Assembly (NCBI GenBank): GCA_964398415.1
Contig: CAYNOM010000001.1
Coordinates: forward strand, 1-47,551
Direction: 5' to 3'
DNA from: an uncultured Polyangiales bacterium
GTDB taxonomy: Bacteria; Myxococcota_A; Polyangia; Polyangiales; DASUME01
DNA: 47,551 bases
Each line of letters opens with the position of its first letter. Positions within the stretch are counted from its first letter, which is position 1. Positions 31,644-39,616 of the stretch are shown piece by piece. Under the pieces are notes generated by a model that had not been told where the DNA came from, did no database searches, and saw only the letters and a program-made list of their open reading frames with translations. The translations under genes were made by a program, and so were the position numbers.

Positions 31644-33695
31644 TTAGGCCTCCTCTCCGAGGGCTCTGAGAGCCTGAATGAAGGCCACGCGCGCGAGATC
31701 GTCCGACTCGTGCTCGAGCTGCGATTTCAGCGCCGGCACGGCATTCACCACGCCGAGGTCGCCTATCAGCTCGGCCGACATCTGGCGCACATCCCACGCC
31801 GCGTGGGAGAGCGCGGCGATGAGCTTCTCGGGCGCCGCCGGATCGTGACTGTCCGAGAGGGCCTTGAGCGCGGCCTTCACGACCTCGCGATCGGCGTGGT
31901 GCAGCGCGTCTTCGAGGATGCCCGCGAGCTCGCCGGGGCTCAGCGCCCCGAGCGCCTCCACCGCCGCCATGGCCGCGCCCGTATCCTCGGAGCGTAAGAG
32001 CTCCTGCAATGGCTCCACCGCACGCGTGGAGCCGGTGTAGCCGAGGGCCCGGGCGGCCGCCTGACGGATCTGGGGTAGCTCCGAGCCGAGCGCGAGAATG
32101 AGCTCTGCGGCGCCCGGCGCATCGCCGGCCTCGTCGCGAATGTGCCCGAGCACCTGGGTCGCGACCACTTGCACCGTGGGGTCCTCGTCGGCGAGGGCGA
32201 GCGCGACGAGCTCCGCGGCACGCCGCCCTCCGACGCGCCCGAGCCCGTGCAGCGCCGCCCGGCGCACGTCCGCGTCGTCGCCGGACAGAAGCCCCTGCAA
32301 ACGGTCGAGCGCACGGGGCCCACCGAGCGCGGCGACCACCGGAGCCAAAGCGCCACTCTGCGGCCCCGACAGCGTCGCACCGGAGAGGGCCTTCTCGACC
32401 GCATCGGGCGCACGTCGCACGAGGGCCTCGAGGGCCGTGGCACAGGCGCGGGCGACGGCAGGATCGGCCGAGAGCGCATGTCCGACCAAGAGCGCTGCAT
32501 CGGCATCGTCTGCCCAGTGCGCGAGACAGCGCGCCGCGGCCGCCACGATCGGGTGCTCGCGATCGGACAGACTGCGCCGCAAGGTGCTGCGCACGCGCTC
32601 GCGCACCGCAGGCTCGATGCCCTCCGCGACGAGCGCGAGATCGGCAGTGAGCTCGAGCGCCACCGCCCGCTCCTGCACGCTCGAGAGCGTCGGCAAGAGG
32701 GCCAGCATCGGCGCCACCGCGTCGCGTCCCCAGGCCCGGAGCGCAGCCAGAGTCTGGGGCGAAGGCGCCTCGCTCGTCAGATGCGCGACGAGCGCCGACA
32801 GCGACTCGGAATCGCGAGCCCAAGCGAGCAGCTCTGCGGCCGAGCGGCGCGCCTCCGCATCACCACTGCCCGTGAGCACCGCACGCAGCCAGGCCCGAGC
32901 GCGGTCGTCGAGCAAGGCAAGCCGTGGCGCCGCCGCCTTGGCGATCTGAGGCGAGCCACCGCTGAGGCGCGCGATGGCGATGGCCGCCGCGCCCACCACG
33001 TGCACGGTCGACTCCTCGAGCGCAGAAAACAGGGGCTCGAGGGCTTCGATGCGCCCCGTACGGCCCAGGGCCGAGATGGCCACACGGCGCAGCAGGCGAT
33101 CGGTCAAGAGCGGCTCGAGCTCCTCCCAGGGGATCACGGCGTGCAAACGATTGAGCGCGTCGAGAGCCGCCATGCGCAGGAACGGATCGCTGGCGCCGAG
33201 CCTCGAGCGCATGATCCGCTCGGCTTCGGGCCCCCCGATGCGCGCCAGGGCTTCGATGGCTTCACCGGCCACGTTCGGGTCCTCGGACGCCGCAGCCTTC
33301 GCGAGCTCGCGCACGACCTGATGCCCGCCCGACTCGCCCAGCGCTTCGACCACGAACTTGCGCGCGTGCTCAGGCACGTTGGGCAGCGCTGCGATCAGCG
33401 CCGGTGCAGCGTTCGGTCCGAGGGACTCGAGCACGTCGAGCGCGGCGTTGCGCAGGCCCACGTTCTCGCCCTGACAGATCGACTGCACGAGCGCCTCGAT
33501 CAGAGACAGCTCGACCGCCCGCTTCGTCGCGACCTGCACGGCTTCCTTGCGCACGCGCCAGTCATCGTCGCCCAAGGCCTCGAGGATCAAGGGCCCCACC
33601 GCTTCGTCCACCTCGGTGGCAGCGTGCAGAACGCCACGCCGGCGCGTCTCCGCGTCCGGATCCAAGAGAGCCTGCTTCAAGCGCTCGACGCTCAT
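31644..33695 (-). CDS. HEAT-repeat (PBS-lyase-type) protein, about 683 aa
   Basis: ORF 31644..33950. I placed the start at ATG 33695 (MSVERLKQALLDPDAETRRRG), which forms an ATGA overlap with the cheW stop. The upstream extension is Arg-rich. Repeats of the type D..VR..A..ALG recur along the whole length, for example GDDDWRVRKEAVQ, SEDPNVAGEAIEALARIG, SGDDADVRRAALHGLGRVG, ELPQIRQAAARALGYTG and HAAWDVRQMSAELIGDLG. Confidence 0.8.
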   Translation of the reverse strand: MSVERLKQALLDPDAETRRRGVLHAATEVDEAVGPLILEALGDDDWRVRKEAVQVATKRAVELSLIEALVQSICQGENVGLRNAALDVLESLGPNAAPALIAALPNVPEHARKFVVEALGESGGHQVVRELAKAAASEDPNVAGEAIEALARIGGPEAERIMRSRLGASDPFLRMAALDALNRLHAVIPWEELEPLLTDRLLRRVAISALGRTGRIEALEPLFSALEESTVHVVGAAAIAIARLSGGSPQIAKAAAPRLALLDDRARAWLRAVLTGSGDAEARRSAAELLAWARDSESLSALVAHLTSEAPSPQTLAALRAWGRDAVAPMLALLPTLSSVQERAVALELTADLALVAEGIEPAVRERVRSTLRRSLSDREHPIVAAAARCLAHWADDADAALLVGHALSADPAVARACATALEALVRRAPDAVEKALSGATLSGPQSGALAPVVAALGGPRALDRLQGLLSGDDADVRRAALHGLGRVGGRRAAELVALALADEDPTVQVVATQVLGHIRDEAGDAPGAAELILALGSELPQIRQAAARALGYTGSTRAVEPLQELLRSEDTGAAMAAVEALGALSPGELAGILEDALHHADREVVKAALKALSDSHDPAAPEKLIAALSHAAWDVRQMSAELIGDLGVVNAVPALKSQLEHESDDLARVAFIQALRALGEEA

Positions 33696-34207
33696 TTTCC
33701 CCCCGTGAGCATCGGTGGAATGGTGCTCGTGTCGATTTCGTCGGCGGCCGACGCGACGACCTGAGGATCGACGACGAACACGAGGCTGCCCTCGTGCGAA
33801 TAGACGTTGGCGATCCCGCGACGCTCCGCACCGGAGCCGATCTCGGGCAGGTTGCGTTGCTCTCTGTGGCCAGCCCCAAACACGTCGGTCACGGCGTCCA
33901 CCACGAGCGCAACCGGCTGCGCACGATGGGGCAGGCGCACGATGATCCACTTGGTGCGGCGCGTCGCCTCCGTGCGCGGGAGCCCGAAGCGACAGCGTAG
34001 ATCGACCACGGGCAAGACGTCTCCACGATGGTCTGCGACGCCAAGCACCTCGGTGGGCGCGTGGGGCAAGGTGACCGTCGGCAGTGGATTGACGATCTCA
34101 CGCACGATGTGAATCTCGACGGCATAGCGCACCTCTCCCACGAGGAAGCTCACCAGATTCTTCGCCTGGTCCGAACGGTAACGCGTGGTGGCATCGTGCT
34201 CGGTCAT
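33692..34207 (-). CDS. cheW: CheW-like coupling protein (second copy)
   Basis: 171-aa ORF with LVSFLVGEVRYAVEIHIVREIV..P.VT.LP.AP..VLGVADHRGDVLPVVDLR...IIV...VALVVDAVTDV, a CheW domain pattern. Confidence 0.88.
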   Translation of the reverse strand: MTEHDATTRYRSDQAKNLVSFLVGEVRYAVEIHIVREIVNPLPTVTLPHAPTEVLGVADHRGDVLPVVDLRCRFGLPRTEATRRTKWIIVRLPHRAQPVALVVDAVTDVFGAGHREQRNLPEIGSGAERRGIANVYSHEGSLVFVVDPQVVASAADEIDTSTIPPMLTGGK

Positions 34208-34752
34208 CGTTGCAGCAAAGGCTCGGCGTTGAGCAGGATGAGGATGTCGTTCGGGTCATCGCGGTCTTGGCTCGAAGAGCGACCGAGGGTACGCACGGCA
34301 CGCGGGCGACCGATGCCCAGGACGTACTCGTTCATCTCGCCCCCCACGGCGGATGCGAGCTCGACCTCGTCTTCGTAGAGCCGGTAAACCTGCAGCACCG
34401 AATCCACGAGCATACCGAGGATCTCGTCTCCTGCGTCGACGAGAAGCACGCGTGTGTTTTTGTCCATCGGGGCTTCGACGAGGCGCAGACGCCGGCGCAG
34501 ATCCAGCACCGTCGTAACGCGCCCGCGCACCGACACGATGCCGAGCACCTCGTAGGGCGAGCGCGGCACCTGCGTGATTCGCGGCGGCTTCAGGATCTCC
34601 TGCACGCCCGCGAGCGGCAGGGCGTAGGTCTCACCGCCCAGCTTGAAGGCCAAGAACTCGTAGATCGCGCCGTCCGCGCCGGTCAGACGCTGGTTGCCCT
34701 TGCTGTCGCCCTGCATCACGCCTGGCACGAGGCTCGGCACGAGCATGCTCAT
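34204..34752 (-). CDS. cheW: CheW-like coupling protein (first copy)
   Basis: ORF 34204..35049. The start at ATG 34752 (MSMLVPSL) forms an ATGA overlap with the cheA stop. The CheW pattern is YEFLAFKLGGETYALPLAGVQEIL...VLGIVSVRGRVTTVLDLRRRL...VLLVDAGDEILGMLVDSVLQV. Confidence 0.88.
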   Translation of the reverse strand: MSMLVPSLVPGVMQGDSKGNQRLTGADGAIYEFLAFKLGGETYALPLAGVQEILKPPRITQVPRSPYEVLGIVSVRGRVTTVLDLRRRLRLVEAPMDKNTRVLLVDAGDEILGMLVDSVLQVYRLYEDEVELASAVGGEMNEYVLGIGRPRAVRTLGRSSSQDRDDPNDILILLNAEPLLQR

Positions 34753-36884
34753 GACATGACCTCCATCATGCGTGCGCGGTCGGAGCCGGCCAGCATCTCC
34801 TCGAGGATCTGCGGCGTATCGAGCACCAAGGTCACGGCCTGGTCGCCGAGATCCGTGGCGCCAGCGAAGCCGCGCACCCCAGCCACACTCTGCCCCAGCG
34901 ACTTGATGACGATGTCCTGCTGGCCGAGCAGGAGATCGACGACCATGCCGAGCCGCCGCGCACCGAGCTGACTGACGACCACGAACTGCCGTGTCGACCT
35001 CTCGTGCCCGGGCGGCTCTTCGAGCCGAAACAGATCGCGGATACGGCACAGCGGCAGCGTGCCACCGCGCAGCGTCATCACCTCGCGCCCTTCGACCGTG
35101 CGAATGGCCTTCGGATCGAGCATCAACGCTTCCTGCACATTGGCGAGCGGGATCGCGTAGGTGTGCCCCGACACGCGCACGACGAGCGCGCTGATGATCG
35201 CCAACGTGATCGGCAGCGTGATGATGAAGGTCGTGCCCTTGCCCACCTCGCTGCGCAGGTCGACGACGCCCCCGAGCTTACCGATGTTCGTCTTGACCAC
35301 GTCCATGCCCACGCCGCGGCCCGACAGATCGGTCACCTGCTCGGTGGTACTGAAGCCCGGCATGAAGATCATGTTGAGGATGTCTTCGCGGCTGAGCTCG
35401 TCTCGCTCCTTTTCGGAGATCAGACCTCGGGAGATGGCCTTGTCGACGATGCGCTGCGGATCGATGCCCGCGCCGTCGTCCTTCACCTCGATCAAGACGT
35501 GATTGCCCTTCTGGTAGGCGTACAGCGCCAGAAAGCCGATGGGATTTTTGCCGCGTTCTTTGCGCTTGTCAGGGGCCTCGATGCCGTGATCGATGGCGTT
35601 TCGGATCAGGTGCATGAGTGGATCACTCAGCTCCTCGACGATCAGCTTGTCGACCTCCGTCTCCGAGCCCTTCACCTCGAGGCGGATCTCCTTTTTCGCA
35701 TCGCGAGCAGCCTGCCGCACCACGCGCGCGAGCTTGTCGAACACCTGCCCGAGCGGCACCATGCGCACGTCGAGGATGCCATCCTGCAGCTCGGCGAGGT
35801 TGCGCTCGAAGCCGCGCGCGATGCGGTGCAGCTCGGTCGACAGCGTGCGAAGCTCGGGCCGATCGCGCAGGCGCTCGGTGATCTGAGCGACGGCACCGCG
35901 TACGATCGCGAGCTCTCCCACCACGTTCATCAGGTGGTCGAGCTTCTGGATGTTGACGCGCACCGTGTTCGCGACCGAACGCAGAGACAGCGCATCGGCG
36001 CCCACCTTGTCCATCACCTGCGGCGGCACCGTGGGCGGCGGGGCGGCCGTGAGATCGGGCGCACCCTTGTCCCCAATCGCAGGCTCGGGGGCGACCTGGG
36101 GAACGACCGTATCGATGCGTTGCGCACCGCGGCGCGGCACCGGCTGTAGCACCGCGTCGTCGCTACACAGGATCTCCTTGAGCTGTAGCGGATCGGCCCG
36201 ACTCGCGAGCAGCACCTCGAGCTCGATCAGATCGTCGCTGCCGCCTCCCATGCTCGGCAGGTACGTGATGAGCTCGGCCACGGGGCGGGCTCGCGCCTTG
36301 AGATCCTCGAGCGCGGTGTCGATGGACGCGAGCGCGAAGCTCACGCTCAGTCGGTAGAGCTGCACGCCTTGCGCAATGTTCGTGCGCAGCCGGTGCTCCT
36401 CGTACTCGGTCAGGACCGAGAGCACGTTCTCGCCGAGCTCGTACTCCGAGAGGACGTCGCGTTCTTCGGGCGCCTCGGCCACCCGATCGACGCTGTCTGC
36501 GAAGTCCGAGACGTCGACGTCGTCGGCATCGTCTCCGCTCGATGCGAGGATGCGCTGGATGCGCTCCACGCCGTCGAACAAGACGTCGAGGGTGTCCTGC
36601 GTGATGTCGACGCGACCCAGGCGCAGGTCGTCGAGCAGGTTCTCGAGCGAGTGGGCCAGGTTCGACAGGCTCGTCATGCCGAACATGCCCGCGAGGCCCT
36701 TGAGCGTGTGCACCGCGCGGAAGATGTCGTTGAGCAGATCGGGGTCGTTGCGTCCCTCCTTCTGACTCTGCTCGAGCAGAAGCAAGTCGCGGGATAGCGT
36801 CTCGACGATCTCCTGCGCCTCCGACAGGAACTCCTCGCGAACGCTGTCGTTCTCGTCCCCGGCCACTAGGCTAAACCCCCCCAA
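34749..36884 (-). CDS. cheA: chemotaxis histidine kinase CheA (P1-P5, no C-terminal receiver)
   Basis: 711-aa ORF. P1/Hpt reads IFRAVHTLKGLAGMFG and the dimerisation domain reads VRVNIQKLDHLMNVVGELAI. The kinase boxes are N LIRNAIDHGIE, G1 DDGAGID, F FMPGFST and G2 GRGVGMDVV. The P5 CheW-like region reads LVVRVSGHTYAIPLANVQE. The start must be non-ATG: TTG 36884 or GTG 36866. Confidence 0.93.
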   Translation of the reverse strand: MGGFSLVAGDENDSVREEFLSEAQEIVETLSRDLLLLEQSQKEGRNDPDLLNDIFRAVHTLKGLAGMFGMTSLSNLAHSLENLLDDLRLGRVDITQDTLDVLFDGVERIQRILASSGDDADDVDVSDFADSVDRVAEAPEERDVLSEYELGENVLSVLTEYEEHRLRTNIAQGVQLYRLSVSFALASIDTALEDLKARARPVAELITYLPSMGGGSDDLIELEVLLASRADPLQLKEILCSDDAVLQPVPRRGAQRIDTVVPQVAPEPAIGDKGAPDLTAAPPPTVPPQVMDKVGADALSLRSVANTVRVNIQKLDHLMNVVGELAIVRGAVAQITERLRDRPELRTLSTELHRIARGFERNLAELQDGILDVRMVPLGQVFDKLARVVRQAARDAKKEIRLEVKGSETEVDKLIVEELSDPLMHLIRNAIDHGIEAPDKRKERGKNPIGFLALYAYQKGNHVLIEVKDDGAGIDPQRIVDKAISRGLISEKERDELSREDILNMIFMPGFSTTEQVTDLSGRGVGMDVVKTNIGKLGGVVDLRSEVGKGTTFIITLPITLAIISALVVRVSGHTYAIPLANVQEALMLDPKAIRTVEGREVMTLRGGTLPLCRIRDLFRLEEPPGHERSTRQFVVVSQLGARRLGMVVDLLLGQQDIVIKSLGQSVAGVRGFAGATDLGDQAVTLVLDTPQILEEMLAGSDRARMMEVMS

Positions 36885-36913
36885 AAAACGCGCGCCACAA
36901 GGCGTGCCTCAGA

Positions 36914-37306
36914 TCACTCGTTGCCGTCGCTCCGCGCCTCGGACTGCCCCACCAAACGTTTCGCCGTCTCGCGCAGCTCCTCGGGCAGAAAGGGCTTCGT
37001 GAGATAGGCATTGGCCCCGAGCGCCATGCCCCGCTCCCGATCTCTCTGCGCGCCCTCGGTGCTCACGATGATCACGGGCGTCGTCTTGTGCTGCGCCGTC
37101 TTGCGCATGAACGAGATCAACTCGAGCCCGTGGATGTCCGGCATGTTGATGTCGGTCACCACCAGATCGTACTGCTCACGGGGCAGCAGTCTGAGCGCCT
37201 CGAAGCCGTTGCCGGCCTCCGTCACCTCCGCTAGGCCGCCCTCCTCGAGAGTGGCCCGAACGAACGTGCGCATGGCCGGAGAGTCTTCGACGACGAGCAC
37301 TCGCAT
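36914..37306 (-). CDS. cheY: single-domain response regulator (CheY-like), proximal copy
   Basis: ORF 36914..37393 with the likely start at MRVLVVEDSPAMR (ATG 37306). GGAGG lies upstream. It has VVTDINMPDIHG, IIVSTEG and YLTKP. Confidence 0.9.
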   Translation of the reverse strand: MRVLVVEDSPAMRTFVRATLEEGGLAEVTEAGNGFEALRLLPREQYDLVVTDINMPDIHGLELISFMRKTAQHKTTPVIIVSTEGAQRDRERGMALGANAYLTKPFLPEELRETAKRLVGQSEARSDGNE

Positions 37307-37458
37307 AGTCAAAGCTGCCTCCCCTTCTGCACAGCCCTCGGGGGATCGTAACCGAAACGGCAATTGCTTTGAAAGATCGCGGGAAAGGATCACGAAATCG
37401 TAGCGGGAGAGTGCGGCATGCTGCGCATCTCACCACAGGGTGCGCGCGCGTAAGTGCT

Positions 37459-38208
37459 TCAACCGCTGAACAGCCGACTCGATAGCTCCTCTTTGACGTG
37501 GGCCGCAACGAAGGCGGCCACCGCCGCGCGGGCCTGCTTGAGCTCGGCTTCGGGCCAGGGCTCCTGGGCGGCGCTGAGCCAGTCAGCAGACAGCGCCGAG
37601 AGCATTCGGGCGCGGGCTCTGGCGCTGAGCAGAAAGGGGCCCCCGCCAAAACGCCGCGACACGACGGCCCCGAGCGCGGGGTCGAAGTAGGCCGCCTTGC
37701 CCTCGGGCACCACATCCCCCGACCTGCCACAGCGCGCGAGCTGGGGCGACAGCCCCGACAGGGCGAGCACGCGCAGCGCGAAAGCCAGAAGGCGCGACCT
37801 GTCCGGATCGCCGGCGAGCTCGAGCAGGGTCAGAAACTGCACCGCGTTGACGAACATCGGGGCGTCGGGCGCCCGCCCCGGATGGGCCTCGCGAAGCAGC
37901 GAAAGGGCCGCACCGGCGACGTCCATCTTCTCGAAGCTGCCCAGGATGCCCGGAAACACCCGGTCGATTTCGGCGCGCTTGAGGGTAAACAGCTCCGTAC
38001 GCGTGGCCTCGAGCTCGACGCGGATCACCGCATAGGGCTCGAGCGCGCCCGCAAAGCGACGCTTGCTCTCGCGGGCCCCACGCGCGACGGCGGAGACCTT
38101 GCCGAGATGCTGGGTGAAGAGCGTCAGGATGCGGTCGGTGTCGCGGTAGTCGGTGGCACGCAGGACGAGCGCATCGGTGACCTGCGAGCGCGAGACCGTG
38201 CCGCTCAC
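37459..38208 (-). CDS. recO: DNA repair protein RecO
   Basis: 249-aa ORF with ALVLRATDYRDTDRILTLFTQHLGKVSAVARGARESKRRFAGALEPY, the RecO OB-fold N-terminus. The GTG start overlaps the upstream stop (GTGA). Confidence 0.85.
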   Translation of the reverse strand: MSGTVSRSQVTDALVLRATDYRDTDRILTLFTQHLGKVSAVARGARESKRRFAGALEPYAVIRVELEATRTELFTLKRAEIDRVFPGILGSFEKMDVAGAALSLLREAHPGRAPDAPMFVNAVQFLTLLELAGDPDRSRLLAFALRVLALSGLSPQLARCGRSGDVVPEGKAAYFDPALGAVVSRRFGGGPFLLSARARARMLSALSADWLSAAQEPWPEAELKQARAAVAAFVAAHVKEELSSRLFSG

Positions 38209-38660
38209 ACGCGTTGGGTGGCGTCGACGAGGCGGTCGTTCATCGAGCCGGCCGACGCGCGCACCGACAGCTCGAGCGGCGCATCGCGATGCCGCGGCCG
38301 AAGCACGATCGACAGGGCCAACGTGAACAGAATCACCAGAATGACGAGCGCGATGGCGATCCCGAAGCGACGACCTCGCTCAGGCGCCTGAATGGACGAC
38401 AAGAGCGGCGCAGGCGACGGTGCCTCCACCTTGCGCCCCTCGCCGTAGCGCTCGAGGACCTGCTCGGCGCTCAGGCCGAGAGCCCGCGCATAAGAGCGCA
38501 GAAAGCCACGCGCGAACACTTCGCCTGGCAGCTCCTCGAATCGATCGTCTTCGATCCGCTGCAGCATGCGCAGGGGGATGCGCGTGGTCTGAACGAGCTC
38601 TTCGAGAGAGACGTGACGCAGCTCTCGCTCACGGCGAAGATATGCACCAATCGAGTCCAT
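38205..38660 (-). CDS. RodZ-like helix-turn-helix membrane protein
   Basis: ORF 38205..38702 with the likely start at MDSIGAYLRRERELRHVSLEELVQTTRIPLRMLQRIEDDRFEELPGEVFARGFLRSYARALGL, a RodZ-type HTH. One TM helix follows (FGIAIALVILVILFTLALSIVL). Confidence 0.7.
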   Translation of the reverse strand: MDSIGAYLRRERELRHVSLEELVQTTRIPLRMLQRIEDDRFEELPGEVFARGFLRSYARALGLSAEQVLERYGEGRKVEAPSPAPLLSSIQAPERGRRFGIAIALVILVILFTLALSIVLRPRHRDAPLELSVRASAGSMNDRLVDATQRV

Positions 38661-38671
38661 GGCGTGCTCCT

Positions 38672-39472
38672 TCAATGCGTCGCCTCGAGGTAGCCCTGAC
38701 ACGCGTGCCCCGCCTCACTCTGAGACTCGAGCTCCACGCAGCGCTCGAAGTCGGCGATGGCGTCCTGTCGTAGCCCGAGCTGAGCCCGAGCTTCACCACG
38801 CAGACGCCACGCGTCCTGCAGCGATTTGCAGGCCGGGTCGGTCACTTCGAGACAGCGCGTGAGCGCATCATCCGCGCGCTCGAAGTCGCGCAGTGCGGTG
38901 TAGGTTTTGCCGAGACGATAGAAACCGAGGCAGAAGCGGGTTTGCTGCCGCACGGCCTGCGTCAAGGCTTCGACTGCGCGGTTGTACTCCCCGCGCTCAT
39001 GGTAGGCCCAGCCGAGGTTGCCCCAGGCGAGATGGGGATTGCGATTGAGGATGTTGCCCGCCGCGTCGCGCAACTCGACGATGGCTTCGTCGTGGCGCTT
39101 CAAGTGCACGAGAACCACGCCGAGGCTGTTTTGGACCTCGGAGACGAAGGGCGGCCCGTAGGCGTCGTTTTCGGCGCCGAGCTCTTTGGCCTCGCGCAGC
39201 TCGCCTTCGGCTTTGTCGAAATCACCGCGCAGCATGTAGAGATTGCCGAGCAAGAGGTGGGCTTCGGGGTTCTTCGGATCGAGCTCGATGGCCTTGAACA
39301 GATGCTCGAAGGCCGCGGCGATGTTCTGCTCGCTCATCATGCCGACCGCGAGCTCGTACTCTTTCTGGCCGCGCAAAACCGCGTCTGCCGACGCAGGCCC
39401 GCCACAAGCGCTCGCGGCGCTCGCCCAAGCAAGCGCGCACAACACGGCCAACAGCACGGTTCGAGCTCGCAT
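38672..39472 (-). CDS. TPR-repeat lipoprotein
   Basis: ORF 38672..39604 with the likely start at MRARTVLLAVLCALAWASAASAC (lipobox). It carries several TPR-like units, including AAAFEHLFKAIELDPKNPEAHLLLGNLYMLRGDFDKAE and GNLGWAYHERGEYNRAVEALTQAV. Confidence 0.8.
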   Translation of the reverse strand: MRARTVLLAVLCALAWASAASACGGPASADAVLRGQKEYELAVGMMSEQNIAAAFEHLFKAIELDPKNPEAHLLLGNLYMLRGDFDKAEGELREAKELGAENDAYGPPFVSEVQNSLGVVLVHLKRHDEAIVELRDAAGNILNRNPHLAWGNLGWAYHERGEYNRAVEALTQAVRQQTRFCLGFYRLGKTYTALRDFERADDALTRCLEVTDPACKSLQDAWRLRGEARAQLGLRQDAIADFERCVELESQSEAGHACQGYLEATH

Positions 39473-39616
39473 CAAACGCTGTATTCCCTCGCTCAACAGC
39501 CGACAGCCCCGTGATTTACCGGCTTCGACTGTGTCCGTCAATACGAACCGGGCGACCCACCCGGAGCGCACCCTAGCCCTGTCGGTACACCGACACTTGG
39601 CCACAACATTCTGTTT

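Noticed and set aside
31414-33764. ORFs 31414..32823 (-, 469 aa), 32142..33764 (+, 540 aa) and 32098..32949 (+), within the HEAT-repeat gene.
   Set aside because: They are alternate or antisense frames of the HEAT gene with extreme Arg/Gly/Ala content. I also checked them specifically for an MCP signalling motif and found none.
35004-36149. 381-aa plus-strand ORF antisense to cheA.
   Set aside because: It is antisense to a gene carrying all the CheA kinase boxes, and it has no motifs of its own.
37307-37458. Possible sigma-54 promoter (GG-N10-GC) upstream of the che operon.
   Set aside because: The closest match on the minus strand (TGGTGAGATGCGCAGCA) has the wrong GG-to-GC spacing and a poor fit to TGGCAC-N5-TTGC. 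I call no promoter here.
39581-39594. Near-palindrome GTCGGT-ac-ACCGAC just downstream of the oppF-like stop, and a duplicated TTGCAT in the AT-rich stretch 39600-39650.
   Set aside because: The arms are only 6 bp with a 2-nt centre, which is too short for a terminator. No matching regulator or consensus is known to me. It may be an operator, but the evidence is too thin.
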